DNA from: Bacteroides sp. SM23_62
GTDB taxonomy: Bacteria > Bacteroidota > Bacteroidia > Bacteroidales > SM23-62
DNA: 60,035 nucleotides
Direction of reading: 5' to 3'
Assembly: GCA_001303955.1 (NCBI GenBank)
Contig: LJUP01000016.1
Span: forward strand, 1-60,035
Position numbers and translations under genes: made by a program. Of this stretch, positions 38,555-49,113 are shown in pieces; position 1 is the stretch's first letter, and every line of letters begins with the position of its first letter. The notes beneath the pieces are model-generated. The model was given only the letters and a program-made list of their open reading frames with translations. It ran no database searches and was not told where the DNA came from.

Positions 38555-40394
38555 TAAAATCACGTACCTCTTCAATGGTATGATCAATGGTAAAGAGGGA
38601 TTCAACACGTTCGTATCCCTTGTTGCCAAACTCCTGCCTCAGTTTTTTATTTTCCGCCAGCTCAATCACCTTCTGGGCCATGGCTTCAACGTTTCCGCGC
38701 GGCACCAGGAAGCCCGTCTGACCGTTATGTACAACTTCTGCTGAGCTCTTGATATCGAAAGCGATCACCGGTTTCTTTTCTGCCATGGCCTCCACCATCA
38801 CATAACCAAAACCTTCCCATAAAGAGGTCAACAGGAAAATATCGATATCCATGTAAAACTGCTCTACATTGTCGATGAAACCCAGGAACAACACTTCCTT
38901 GTGCACATTCCTCAGCCTGGCCTGTTTTTTCAACCAGGTTTTCAGTTTTCCGGTGCCGGCAACCAGGATCCTGAATTTGATCCCCCTCTCCTTGAGGATC
39001 TCTGCCAGGTGGATCAGGTAAATCTGGCCCTTTTCTTCGGACAGCCTGCCTGCGTTGCCCAGAATGATCTCCCCGTCTCTTCTCCGGTAGATCTGCTTCT
39101 TTTTGAGTTTTTCCCTGTCAATCAATTCAATACCCGGATAAATGACCTGTATCTTGGACGGATGGATAAGTTTTGGATTATTGGCCAGGATTGACCGTTT
39201 CGTCTCTTCGGAATTGGCGATCATCCTGGTTATGATCCGCCGGTACAGGAACCTGTTCAGGAATGTATTCCTGACCGGGATGGCATTCGCCCGTTTGTAG
39301 ATTATGTTGTCTACACCCGCCAGTCTTGCTGCTATTCCTGCTACTTTCAGATCAGAAGACAGGTTCATAACCAGTGTCCTTACCCTTTCCCTCTTGAAAA
39401 CCCTCCGGAGCCGCATGACCTTGATCGGATTCAGGAAACTCAGATTGCTTACGGTTATCGCCCGGTGGTTTACACGGGCATCCTTAATTTTCTTCATCAG
39501 TTCACTCCTGGGATGGGAATAAACAAATACATTATAACCCATTTTTGCCAGCCCGGTGGACAGGTCATAATGCCATTTTTCCCCTCCGCCCCAGGTTTTC
39601 AGGCTGTTGAAGAAGCATATCCTGTTTTTTGAAGCATTGGCAGCATCTTTATACAGTTTCCGCAGTTTGGAATATTTCAGGAAGGTCTCATGGGCCGAAT
39701 TCAGACTGATGACCAGGCCGTAAAAACCATCCATGAATCCCGACTTGATAATATAGTCGCGGAACAATCTCCAGAATGGATGGAACAATATATTGAACCA
39801 GGATGCCTTCCTGCCGACTTCATAGAAAGATTTGGCGGCTATGTCCGAGAATTTATTGATCTGCTCTATGTGCTGGTGGATCGTGTAATATGAATAATGC
39901 AGGAGGTCCCCCTTCAGGAATTTCCTGGTAGCCCCTTTCTCCAGGATAAACCTGTCGTGCGGGTTCATGCCCCCCCACTCTCCTTTCCGGCTGTCCCACA
40001 ACCTCAGTTTCCGGGAAGGGTACCAGCTGGAATGGCGGATCCACTTTCCGCAATAATTGGTCATGCGGTTGAAATAATAACCATCATACTCCCAGTTCTC
40101 CTTCACGGCCTTGATAGAGGCCTTCAGCCTGGGTGAGAGTACCTCGTCGGCATCGAGTGACAGGATATGTGGATATCTTGCCTGAGAGATGGCCCAGTTC
40201 TTCTGTTCAATATGGCCATCGAACCGGTGCTGTATGAACTTTACCCCGTACAGTTTACATATTTTCTCAGTATCGTCAGTGGAATAGGAATCAACAACGA
40301 CAATCTCATCGGCAATATCATTCACCGATTCCAGGCATCTGCCGATGTTTCTCTCTTCATTGAGAGTGATTATGACGACCGATAGGTTTGTCAT
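38523..40394 (-). CDS. bifunctional glycosyltransferase (N-terminal GT2 + C-terminal GT4/GT-B)
   Basis: LSVVIITLNEERNIGRCLESVNDIADEIVVVDSYSTDDT and SLDADE indicate GT2. ...GRLSEEKG...LLTSLWEGFGYVMVEAMA indicates GT4 (E-x7-E region). Confidence 0.75.
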   Translation of the reverse strand: MTNLSVVIITLNEERNIGRCLESVNDIADEIVVVDSYSTDDTEKICKLYGVKFIQHRFDGHIEQKNWAISQARYPHILSLDADEVLSPRLKASIKAVKENWEYDGYYFNRMTNYCGKWIRHSSWYPSRKLRLWDSRKGEWGGMNPHDRFILEKGATRKFLKGDLLHYSYYTIHQHIEQINKFSDIAAKSFYEVGRKASWFNILFHPFWRLFRDYIIKSGFMDGFYGLVISLNSAHETFLKYSKLRKLYKDAANASKNRICFFNSLKTWGGGEKWHYDLSTGLAKMGYNVFVYSHPRSELMKKIKDARVNHRAITVSNLSFLNPIKVMRLRRVFKRERVRTLVMNLSSDLKVAGIAARLAGVDNIIYKRANAIPVRNTFLNRFLYRRIITRMIANSEETKRSILANNPKLIHPSKIQVIYPGIELIDREKLKKKQIYRRRDGEIILGNAGRLSEEKGQIYLIHLAEILKERGIKFRILVAGTGKLKTWLKKQARLRNVHKEVLFLGFIDNVEQFYMDIDIFLLTSLWEGFGYVMVEAMAEKKPVIAFDIKSSAEVVHNGQTGFLVPRGNVEAMAQKVIELAENKKLRQEFGNKGYERVESLFTIDHTIEEVRDFITAENGGSHK

Positions 40395-40435
40395 CCACAG
40401 CTTTTTTTCAGGATTTCGAAATTAATAAATATATT

Positions 40436-42886
40436 CTATTCCTGGAAATAGACCCTTTTAACCCTTTCTGAAAGACCTGCCAGTATTTCATACGGGATGG
40501 TGCCTAATTTTTCTGCCAGTTCGGTGACCGGGTGACCGGGACCGAAGATGATGACCTCATCTCCCTCATTCGCTTCCAGATGGGTGAGATCAATCATGGT
40601 CATATCCATGCAAATGTTTCCCAGCACAGGTGCTGCCGCACCATTCAGATGAAAGCAGATACCATGCCGTCCGAGATCTCGCCTGAGTCCGTCTGCATAT
40701 CCGATTGGGACAACACCAACGGTCATGTCAGCCGGGGCAATGAAATTCCGGCTGTATCCGACCGATTCTCCTTTCCTGACGGGTTTGATCTGGGAAATGA
40801 TGCTCTTCAGTGTACTGACTGGTTTGAGTTCTTCATCTATATGCTGGCCGATCCCATACAGTCCTATACCAAGCCTTACCATATCAAAGGAGGCCTCAGG
40901 GAACCTTTCTATGCCGGCAGAATTAAGGATATGCCGGAGGATCTCGTAGGGATACTGGTCCCGGATCCTGGAACTCATTCGTTCAAACGTCTCTATCTGC
41001 TTCAGGGTGAATGCATCATTGGCAGGGTCGTCAGCAGTCCCAAGATGTGAAAAGACCGACCTGATCCTTACATGCCGGTTCTGTCGCAATATTTCAAACA
41101 GCTGGTCCAGCTCATCTTCCCTGAAACCCAGCCGGTTCATGCCGGTTTCCAGTTTCAGGTGGACGGGATAGGATACCAGGTTCCTTTTTGCCAGTGCACC
41201 AAGAAATGAGAACAGGCTCCTGAAATTGTAAATCTCCGGCTCCAGGTCATGATCCATCATCCCGTCAAAGCCTGAAACTTCGGGATTCATTACCAGGATG
41301 GGGAGATGTATTCCCGCTTCCCGAAGGACTATGCCTTCGTCCACATAAGCAACGCATAGATAATCGACCCGCTGGTATTGCAATGCATTGGCTATTTCCT
41401 GTGAACCGCTTCCATAGGAAAATGCCTTTACCACAACCATGATCCGGGCCGTTGTTTTTGACCGGTAGATATTCAGGTTATGGATAAGCGCATTCAGATC
41501 GATCTCGAGAATGGTCCGGTGATTCTTCTGCTGGAGACGGCTGGTTATTTTTTCGAACCGGAAGGACCTTGATCCCTTTATCAGGATGGCCTCGTTCCTG
41601 AAGTCATGTGCGGTAATATACGACATGAATTCAGCCGTGCTCAGATAGAACTGTGCACTGGCAGGGAACTGCCGGCGCATACGCATCAGCGCGGGACCAA
41701 TCCCTATAAACCGGGATACCCCTTTCCGCTTTAACAGTGCAGATACCTCGGCATACAGTATGCCCTCCTCTTTCCCTGATTGCAAAATGTCGGAGAGGAT
41801 CAGTGTTTTAACCGCATGCTGATGCTGCTGGTTCAGGTAATCGAGTGCAATGGACAGGGAATTCAGATCGGAATTATAGGTATCATTGATGATGGTGCAT
41901 CCATGCAGGGCCTTCACCATCTCTAGCCTCATGGCTACCGGGTTCAGATCAGCCATGCGTGACTGGATCACCAGGGGAGGCATTTCGAGTAACAGCATCA
42001 GGGAGACAACATGCATGGCATTTTCGATGGAAGCCTTGTCATGAAATGGGACCAGCAAGTCAAGGCTGATATCCCCGAAAGTGATATCCAGCCTGGTTCC
42101 CTCCTCGCCTGCCCCATCCCGCCTGGATACCCTTACATCGCTTTCTTTTCCGAAAGACCAGGGAAATAATTTCTCCGCCCTGAACCGCTTTGTGATAATG
42201 CGGTTAACCACCTCCTGGTCACTGCAATAAATGATCTTGGAAGAATCTTTGAACAGGATCAGTTTTTGCTCCAGCTTTTCTTCCATGTCCAGGAATCCTT
42301 CCTGATGAGCTTCCCCGATATTGGTAAATATCCCTATTGACGGCCTGATAATGGACTCCAGATTGATCATTTCCCCAGGACGGGAAATACCGGCCTCGAA
42401 AACCCCTGTTTCAGCATGCTGGTCCAGTAACAATACCGAGAGCGGTACCCCAATCTGTGAATTGTAGCTTTTGGGACTCCTGACAATTTTCTGGTCAGGT
42501 GACAGGGCCTGGTTGATCCATTCCTTGACAATTGTTTTCCCGTTACTGCCTGTAATGCCGATGACCCTGCAGCCATACCGCCTCCTGTGTGCTGCCGCCA
42601 GTGCCTGCAGCGCCTTCAGGGAATCCTTTACCAGGATAAAGGATGCATTCCCGGGAGGGTACGCAGGAAGTTCCTCGACAAGAAAGGCTTTTATACCGCG
42701 GTCCAACAACTCCGGAATGAATGCATGCCCGTCATGGCGGTCCCCCCGTATAGCCACAAAAAGCGTCGCTTCAGGCTGGTGCAGGGTCCGGCTGTCAGTG
42801 CTGATGCCACTGATCACCTCCCCGGGCGAACCCGTTAATTCCCCGCCAACCATGGCAGCTATATCCCTGGTAGTATATTCATCCAT
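40436..42886 (-). CDS. murF: bifunctional UDP-MurNAc-tripeptide--D-Ala-D-Ala ligase (MurF) / alanine racemase (Alr)
   Basis: The N-terminal Mur ligase carries GITGSNGKT. The C-terminal half carries VVKAFSYGSG (PLP Lys region) and racemase motifs. 816 aa. Confidence 0.9.
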   Translation of the reverse strand: MDEYTTRDIAAMVGGELTGSPGEVISGISTDSRTLHQPEATLFVAIRGDRHDGHAFIPELLDRGIKAFLVEELPAYPPGNASFILVKDSLKALQALAAAHRRRYGCRVIGITGSNGKTIVKEWINQALSPDQKIVRSPKSYNSQIGVPLSVLLLDQHAETGVFEAGISRPGEMINLESIIRPSIGIFTNIGEAHQEGFLDMEEKLEQKLILFKDSSKIIYCSDQEVVNRIITKRFRAEKLFPWSFGKESDVRVSRRDGAGEEGTRLDITFGDISLDLLVPFHDKASIENAMHVVSLMLLLEMPPLVIQSRMADLNPVAMRLEMVKALHGCTIINDTYNSDLNSLSIALDYLNQQHQHAVKTLILSDILQSGKEEGILYAEVSALLKRKGVSRFIGIGPALMRMRRQFPASAQFYLSTAEFMSYITAHDFRNEAILIKGSRSFRFEKITSRLQQKNHRTILEIDLNALIHNLNIYRSKTTARIMVVVKAFSYGSGSQEIANALQYQRVDYLCVAYVDEGIVLREAGIHLPILVMNPEVSGFDGMMDHDLEPEIYNFRSLFSFLGALAKRNLVSYPVHLKLETGMNRLGFREDELDQLFEILRQNRHVRIRSVFSHLGTADDPANDAFTLKQIETFERMSSRIRDQYPYEILRHILNSAGIERFPEASFDMVRLGIGLYGIGQHIDEELKPVSTLKSIISQIKPVRKGESVGYSRNFIAPADMTVGVVPIGYADGLRRDLGRHGICFHLNGAAAPVLGNICMDMTMIDLTHLEANEGDEVIIFGPGHPVTELAEKLGTIPYEILAGLSERVKRVYFQE

Positions 42887-43464
42887 TACTCAGCGCGGGC
42901 AACATTATAACATTTCCTGCACAGCGGTTCATAAAGATCTTTCTCGCCCAGCAGCACAAGTTTATCCGCCTTCCCTTTCCTGTGTGTATGATGGGCCAGG
43001 TTCCCGCACCTGACACAGATGGCATGGACCTTTGTAACATATTCTGCAGTGGCAATGAGTCCGGGAATCGGACCAAATGGCCGGCCCATGAAATCCATGT
43101 CAAGTCCCGCAACAATCACCCTGATACCCTTATTGGCCAGGGTATTACATACTTCTATCAGTCCCATGTCAAAAAACTGTGCCTCATCCACCCCGACCAC
43201 ATCCACATTATTTGCCAGCAGCAGTATGTTCCCTGCGGTAGATACCGGTGTTGACCGGATGGCATTCTCATCATGTGAAATCACCTCATCCTCAGAATAA
43301 CGAACATCAATCTGGGGCTTGAATATCTCCACCTCAAGCATGGCAATCGTGGCCCGTTTCAGACGCCTGATCAGTTCTTCTGTCTTGCCGGAAAACATGG
43401 ATCCTGTAATCACTTCTATCCATCCTCTTTTCTCTGTCTTATTTGCAGTGGTCTCAATGAACAT
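42886..43464 (-). CDS. tdk: thymidine kinase
   Basis: [13 protein letters not shown]-loop, VGVDEAQFF, and zinc Cys pairs (CVRCG...CRKCY). The ATG at 43464 is preferred. The TAATG overlap joins the tdk stop to the murF/alr start. Confidence 0.9.
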   Translation of the reverse strand: MFIETTANKTEKRGWIEVITGSMFSGKTEELIRRLKRATIAMLEVEIFKPQIDVRYSEDEVISHDENAIRSTPVSTAGNILLLANNVDVVGVDEAQFFDMGLIEVCNTLANKGIRVIVAGLDMDFMGRPFGPIPGLIATAEYVTKVHAICVRCGNLAHHTHRKGKADKLVLLGEKDLYEPLCRKCYNVARAE

Positions 43465-43517
43465 CGGGTAAGAAAATCGTATTTTTATCGTTATTTTTAC
43501 AAAAATAACGCACATTT

Positions 43518-44174
43518 ATGGAAAGCAAGTACAATATCACTGAAATAATCACCCAGGTTGGGGACATTGGAGAGCTGGTCAGCCGGATGAAAACAGAAGG
43601 TCCGGTTCATGCCATCGAAATAGATATCGTCCTGGAAAAAATCAGGAACCTTTACACCGATGTTTCCAACCTGAAAGAGCTCAATATTCCGGCAGCGAAG
43701 CAGGGCGCGGAACCAGCAAAGGTGAAAGCGGAAGAACCGGCAAAAGGCCAGGCTGAAGGACCGGCGATGCAGGCAGGGGTGCAGGAAGAGAAAACACTGG
43801 TACCCCCCGAAATTAAAGCATCCGAAGAACCAGCCACGATCGCAGATAAATTCAAGGGAGAGAAAAAATTCATCAATGAAAGACTTGGCGATAACGGGAA
43901 CAGGCAGGATGTGTCATCAAAACTTCAGTCCAAACCCATCCGGGATATCGGGACATCCCTTGGCCTGAACGACCGCTTCAAGCTGATCAATGAGCTTTTT
44001 AACGGGGATAAGGAAAGTTACCAGCAGACCATCAACATACTGGATAATGCGACTAACTTCAATGAAGCCTTCAACTATATCAGTACCTCCTACGACTGGG
44101 ACATGGAAGATGAAGCTGTCCAGATGTTACTTGACCTGGTCAGAAGAAAATTCATAGTGAACAAGAATGAGTAA
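43518..44174 (+). CDS. hypothetical protein (Ala/Glu/Pro/Lys-rich linker between two small domains)
   Basis: 218-aa ORF with an 8-nt overlap with rsmI. No recognisable motif. Confidence 0.5.
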   Translation: MESKYNITEIITQVGDIGELVSRMKTEGPVHAIEIDIVLEKIRNLYTDVSNLKELNIPAAKQGAEPAKVKAEEPAKGQAEGPAMQAGVQEEKTLVPPEIKASEEPATIADKFKGEKKFINERLGDNGNRQDVSSKLQSKPIRDIGTSLGLNDRFKLINELFNGDKESYQQTINILDNATNFNEAFNYISTSYDWDMEDEAVQMLLDLVRRKFIVNKNE

Positions 44175-44835
44175 GCTATACATCGTGCCTACTCCCATCG
44201 GGAACCTGGAAGATGTTACCCTCAGGGCCCTCAGGATACTGGAAGATGTCGACCTGATCCTGGCAGAAGATACCCGGAAAACAGGGATACTGCTCAGGAG
44301 ACACAAGATCACAAAAAAAACCCTTTCACATCACAAATTCAATGAACACAGGTTCGTTGAAAAGCTCAGTGACAGGATCCTGAACGGGGAAGTGATGGCC
44401 CTTGTTTCCGAGGCTGGCACCCCGGGCATCTCTGATCCGGGATACCTGCTTATCCGCGAGTGCATCAGAAAACAGGTTGAAGTGGAATGCCTGCCGGGCC
44501 CCACAGCCTTCATACCCGCCCTGGTGGCATCCGGGCTTCCCTCTGACAGGTTCGTATTTGAAGGATTTCTCCCCCAGAAAAAAGGAAGGCAGAAGAGACT
44601 GAACGAGCTCAAGGAAGAAACCCGTACCATCATCCTTTATGAAGCCCCGCACCGCATCCGCAAATGCCTGCATCAGCTCATGGAGTTTTTCGGAAAAGAC
44701 AGACCGGCCTGCCTGGCCAGGGAACTCACTAAAATTCATGAACAGTTTAACAGGGGAACACTGGAGGAGATCCTGGCCATGCTGGGAGATTCGGATCCCA
44801 AAGGGGAATGTATCATCCTGGTTGGAGGCAGGTAG
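44167..44835 (+). CDS. rsmI: 16S rRNA (cytidine1402-2'-O)-methyltransferase RsmI
   Basis: LYIVPTPIGNLEDVTLRALRILEDVDLILAEDTR and EAGTPGISDPG motifs. Confidence 0.9.
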   Translation: MSKLYIVPTPIGNLEDVTLRALRILEDVDLILAEDTRKTGILLRRHKITKKTLSHHKFNEHRFVEKLSDRILNGEVMALVSEAGTPGISDPGYLLIRECIRKQVEVECLPGPTAFIPALVASGLPSDRFVFEGFLPQKKGRQKRLNELKEETRTIILYEAPHRIRKCLHQLMEFFGKDRPACLARELTKIHEQFNRGTLEEILAMLGDSDPKGECIILVGGR

Positions 44836-45001
44836 CATCCGGAGTGTACGATTCCGTGCATTCACTGCCTTAAAACCGTTCACTTTACATTCTGAGAATT
44901 TCTCTGTCACAGGAATCATCTCATTGATTATCTAGGCTTTAATCACTTTGGCACAATTGATGGGCTCTTTTAAGCGGGGTTTTAAAACCTGGAGGTAAAT
45001 C

Positions 45002-45472
45002 ATGAAAACACTGGCTAAAACAATGTTTGTCCTGCTTATCCTTATGGCAGGCAGTCTTGGTATGCTGGGACAAAAAACCCTTCTCATTCATGATATCCGT
45101 CCCTTACTGGCATATTCCTCTGACATCCAAAGCGATATCGAACTCAGTGCAGAACATACTGCCAGCAGTTACTGGTTTTATATGGAAGAGAAAGTACAGT
45201 TGGAGGATTGGATGATCGAACAAAGCGAATGGAAGGATGAATCCAACACTGTTCCAGGCTCTGCCGTCAAGGTGGAACCGGAACCAGAACTGCGTATAGA
45301 GAGCTGGATGATCCAGCCATTTACAGCCGGATCACAGGAAACCTGGGATTTTCTCGTGGAAACGATTGAAGAACCACTCGAAGTCCGTAAATGGATGATA
45401 TGCTGCACTGACTGGAACCTTAAGACCAGGCAGGCCGGTTTGCTTAAAATCCCTGCCATTACCATACAATAG
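45002..45472 (+). CDS. hypothetical secreted protein with three x-E/R-x-W-M-I repeats
   Basis: Signal peptide. Repeats are QLEDWMIEQSEW, RIESWMIQPF and EVRKWMICCTDW. Confidence 0.5.
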   Translation: MKTLAKTMFVLLILMAGSLGMLGQKTLLIHDIRPLLAYSSDIQSDIELSAEHTASSYWFYMEEKVQLEDWMIEQSEWKDESNTVPGSAVKVEPEPELRIESWMIQPFTAGSQETWDFLVETIEEPLEVRKWMICCTDWNLKTRQAGLLKIPAITIQ

Positions 45473-45502
45473 GCGGCCCCGGCGCTTGTGTGCTGGTCCC
45501 GC
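45473..45502. terminator. GC-rich hairpin between convergent genes (possible bidirectional terminator, no U-tract)
   Basis: GCGGCCCCGGC-gcttgtgt-GCTGGTCCCGC. 9 of 11 positions pair. Confidence 0.3.
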
Positions 45503-45504
45503 AC

Positions 45505-46785
45505 TCAATCCCCTGCCCTGGATTCAAAGTTATCCGGCAATTTCTTTTTCGTCTTGGCTCCTAATTCTTCGATCCGTTGTGCCCTTCGGATCAGGTTGCC
45601 TTTTCCCTCAGAGAGTTTACTGATGGCGTCATCATAACTCTTTTGTGTCAGTTTCAGCCTGTTGCCCAGATCGTTCAGGTCAGACAGCAGCGCATAAAAT
45701 TTATCCAGCAGGTCCCCGCTCTGCCTGGCAATCTCAAGTGCGTTCTTATTCTGGTATTCCTGTCTCCACAGGCTGGCAATCATTTTCAGGGCAGCCAGCA
45801 GGTTGGTCGGTGAGATGAGCAGGATCCTCCGGTCGTATGCGAAATTCCAGATTTCCGGATCCTCCCTGATAGCCAGCAGGTATGCCGGTTCGACCGGCAG
45901 GAACATCATGATGAAATCGAGGGACTGAACCTGGTAGATATCGAGATAATCTTTGTTGCTCAGTTCAGTTACATGGTTCCTGATCGAGGTAAGGTGTTCC
46001 TTCAGATACCTCTCCCGGAGTTTCGGACTGTCGGCATCCACCAGCCTTTCATAGGCGGTCAGTGAGACCTTGGCATCAATGATGACGGAACGGTTTCCAG
46101 GGTAAGAAACCACTACATCCGGTTGCATACGCCGGCCATCATCCCCCTGGAAGGATGGCTGCACAATGTACTCACGGTCTTTTACCAGACCGGATTTTTC
46201 CAATATGCTTTCGAGTATCATTTCCCCCCAGTTCCCCTGCGACTTGGAGTCGCCTTTCAGTGCCCTGGTGAGGTTCTCAGCATCCTCTGCAATTTTTTTA
46301 TTCAGTTCCGCGAGTCTCTTTACCTCTTCCTTCAGGCTGAAGCGCTGCTGGGCTTCCTTATCATATGCATCGCCAACCTTTTTTTCGAAATCCCGGATCT
46401 TTTCACCCAGTGGTTTCAACAGCTGGTCAAGATTTGACCTGTTCTGTTCCGTAAACTTTCTGGATTTCTCTTCAAGGATTTCGTTGGCCAGGTTTTTAAA
46501 CTCAATCCTGAAACGATCCTGCAGGTTGCTGATCTCGGCTTTCTGTTCTTCCAGTTTTTCCTTCAGGTTTTTATGATCGGTGGTGGCCACCGCCAGGTCC
46601 CTCGTCAACCGGATCATCTCTTCTTCCCTGTCCCTTACCTGCCGGTCCCGTGCAAGGATCTCGGCTTCCAGTCCCCTTACCTTTTCCTTCATGTACTGCT
46701 GCCTTCCTGCCAGCCAGCTTCGCATCACAAGGTACACAATAACCCCGCCTGCAATTAATCCGATGACCAGGTATAAAACTTCCAT
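45505..46785 (-). CDS. rmuC: DNA recombination protein RmuC
   Basis: N-terminal TM helix, long coiled coil, and a C-terminal nuclease-like region (VIIDAKVSLTAY...FIMMFLPVEPAY). The ATG at 46785 (MEVLYLVIG...) is preferred. Confidence 0.88.
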   Translation of the reverse strand: MEVLYLVIGLIAGGVIVYLVMRSWLAGRQQYMKEKVRGLEAEILARDRQVRDREEEMIRLTRDLAVATTDHKNLKEKLEEQKAEISNLQDRFRIEFKNLANEILEEKSRKFTEQNRSNLDQLLKPLGEKIRDFEKKVGDAYDKEAQQRFSLKEEVKRLAELNKKIAEDAENLTRALKGDSKSQGNWGEMILESILEKSGLVKDREYIVQPSFQGDDGRRMQPDVVVSYPGNRSVIIDAKVSLTAYERLVDADSPKLRERYLKEHLTSIRNHVTELSNKDYLDIYQVQSLDFIMMFLPVEPAYLLAIREDPEIWNFAYDRRILLISPTNLLAALKMIASLWRQEYQNKNALEIARQSGDLLDKFYALLSDLNDLGNRLKLTQKSYDDAISKLSEGKGNLIRRAQRIEELGAKTKKKLPDNFESRAGD

Positions 46786-46834
46786 AACTTCAAAAATAAA
46801 ACCATTATCTTTAGTAACCAACAATCGGGTAAGT

Positions 46835-47527
46835 TTGGGCCATTATAAACATATTTTCTTTGACCTGGACCGGACGATATGGGACTTTGACCGCAACTCG
46901 GGGAAAACCCTGAAGGAGTTGTACTGTAAATACCATCTCGACCGGTCCATTGATGACCCGGAAGATTTTGTCCAGGTCTACCATGAGATCAACGGGCAAT
47001 TATGGGGCCTTTACCGCAAAGGTGAAATGACCAAAGATATCCTGCGCACAAAACGCTTCAGGATGAGCCTTGCCCGGTTCGGGATCACCGATGATGATCT
47101 GGCCGAAAAGATCGGTGACGAATACCTTGATATCAGTCCCACGAAAACATTGCTGGTCCCCCATGCCCGAGAAATCCTTGCTTACCTTCAGACCGGTTAC
47201 CGCCTGCATATCATTACCAACGGATTCCTGACCACCCAGCAGATCAAGCTGAAAAATTGCCGGCTGGAGCAATACTTCCAGAGCCTTACCACATCAGAGG
47301 TTGTGGGACATAACAAACCTCGTCCGGAGATCTTCCACCAGGCCCTGAGTTCCGTGAATGCCCGTAAAAAAGAAAGCCTTATGATCGGTGATGACCTTGA
47401 GGTAGATGTCCGTGGGGCCAGGAAATTCGGCATTGACCAGGTTTTTCTGAACCGGGACAGGGTCATACACCATGAACCGGTAACCTTCGAGATTGATACC
47501 CTGCTGGCATTGAAGGATATCCTTTAA
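46835..47527 (+). CDS. HAD-superfamily hydrolase (YjjG-like nucleotidase subfamily)
   Basis: FFDLDRTIWDF (DxDxT), ITNG, and GDDLEVDVRGA motifs. Only a TTG (46835) is available as a start just before the HAD motif I. Confidence 0.72.
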   Translation: MGHYKHIFFDLDRTIWDFDRNSGKTLKELYCKYHLDRSIDDPEDFVQVYHEINGQLWGLYRKGEMTKDILRTKRFRMSLARFGITDDDLAEKIGDEYLDISPTKTLLVPHAREILAYLQTGYRLHIITNGFLTTQQIKLKNCRLEQYFQSLTTSEVVGHNKPRPEIFHQALSSVNARKKESLMIGDDLEVDVRGARKFGIDQVFLNRDRVIHHEPVTFEIDTLLALKDIL

Positions 47528-47535
47528 AATCATCA

Positions 47536-49023
47536 TCAATAGGGAAGGTCTGTATTATCCTCTAGCCCTTCCTGGTTCATTTTGGATTCGACGGTAAATG
47601 ATCCGTTTGAATCATCTCCCGGCAGAGGCTGCAATGCATCCAGTTCCACAAATTTGGCAGATTCATCTTTGAATTTCAACTGGATATCACCAATGGGACC
47701 GTTCCGGTGTTTGGCAAGGATGATATCGGCGATACCAATCAGGGACCTCCCCTGCTCATCTTCGTAAATATCATATTTCTCGGGACGGTGGATGAAAATG
47801 ACAAGGTCTGCATCCTGCTCAATGGCCCCGGATTCCCTCAGGTCAGATAATTGAGGCCGCTTGTTGCCCGACCTGAGCTCAACCGAACGGTTCAGCTGTG
47901 AAAGTGCGATGACCGGTACGTCCAGTTCCTTGGCAATGGCTTTCAGGGACCTGGATATGGTGCTTACCTCCTGTTCCCTGCTGCCCTTTGAATCCCCCGT
48001 ACCCGACATCAACTGGAGGTAATCAACGACGATCATTTCAATATTGTGCTGAACCTTCAGGCGGCGGCACTTGGCCCGGAGCTCAAAGATGGATATGGCC
48101 GGGGTATCATCAATAAATATGGGTGCCTCCACCAGGCTCTTGATCTTATAATCGAGCTGTTTCCATTCATATTCTTCCAGCCGCCCGTTGCGTATGCGGT
48201 CAACAGGTAGTTCAGTCTCTGAAACGATCAATCTGGTCACCAGTTGAATGGATGACATCTCCAGTGAGAAAATGGCTATCGGGCGTTTGTGTTCAACGGC
48301 AATATTTCTGCCCATGGACAGCGCAAATGCTGTTTTCCCCATGGATGGCCTGGCTGCGATGATTACCAGGTCCGATTTTTGCCAGCCAGAGGTCAATCGG
48401 TCAAGCTTGGTAAAACCCGATGGTACACCACTGAGGTTATCTTCTCTTTTTGCAGCTTCCTCAATTTGATGAATGGCCTGTTTCACCAGGACATTGATCT
48501 TGGCTGTCTCCTTCTTGATGTTCCCTTCTGCGATCTCAAAAAGATCACTTTCTGCCTGGTCCAGCAAATCATCCACATCCATGGTTTCGTCGAATGCCTT
48601 CCGCTGTATATCGGAGGAAACCCTGATCAGCTCTCTCTGTATGTATTTCTGCTGAATGATCCTCGCATGGAATTCCAGGTGGGCTGCCGAGGCTACCTTG
48701 CTGGTCAGCTGGGTTATATAAAGCGGTCCCCCAACCTCTTCCAGTAAATTTTGTTTTTTCAGCTCTTCGGTTACAGTCAGGATATCGATGGCTTTTTCCT
48801 CCATGGAAAGATCGACAATTGCCTTGTATATTTTCTGGTGTACATCCTTGTAAAAACTCTCCGGTTTCAATATATCAAGCACGGAGAGAACCGCATCCTT
48901 TTCTAGCATGATCGCACCCAGAACCGCTTCCTCCAGGTCGACCGCCTGGGGCGGTAATTTCCCGTATTCCACATTCAGATTGCCCAGTTTCGGCGATGTC
49001 TGTGTATTCCCTTTTAATGCCAT
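47536..49023 (-). CDS. dnaB: replicative DNA helicase DnaB
   Basis: PPQAVDLEEAVLGAIML N-domain, Walker A AARPSMGKTAFAL, and IVVDYLQLM. The ATG at 49021-49023 is preferred. Confidence 0.95.
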   Translation of the reverse strand: MALKGNTQTSPKLGNLNVEYGKLPPQAVDLEEAVLGAIMLEKDAVLSVLDILKPESFYKDVHQKIYKAIVDLSMEEKAIDILTVTEELKKQNLLEEVGGPLYITQLTSKVASAAHLEFHARIIQQKYIQRELIRVSSDIQRKAFDETMDVDDLLDQAESDLFEIAEGNIKKETAKINVLVKQAIHQIEEAAKREDNLSGVPSGFTKLDRLTSGWQKSDLVIIAARPSMGKTAFALSMGRNIAVEHKRPIAIFSLEMSSIQLVTRLIVSETELPVDRIRNGRLEEYEWKQLDYKIKSLVEAPIFIDDTPAISIFELRAKCRRLKVQHNIEMIVVDYLQLMSGTGDSKGSREQEVSTISRSLKAIAKELDVPVIALSQLNRSVELRSGNKRPQLSDLRESGAIEQDADLVIFIHRPEKYDIYEDEQGRSLIGIADIILAKHRNGPIGDIQLKFKDESAKFVELDALQPLPGDDSNGSFTVESKMNQEGLEDNTDLPY

Positions 49024-49068
49024 AAGATTTACCCAAATTCGAAATTCAAAGGTATGAAATGAGCCTGC

Positions 49069-49113
49069 TTCGGAGGGTCTGTCCCGCAATCCATTTTTAA
49101 ACATCCCTCCGAA
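49069..49113. repeat. 9-bp perfect inverted repeat TTCGGAGGG-N27-CCCTCCGAA in the dnaB/ispE divergent intergenic region
   Basis: Read directly from the sequence: arms at 49069-49077 and 49105-49113. Confidence 0.6.
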
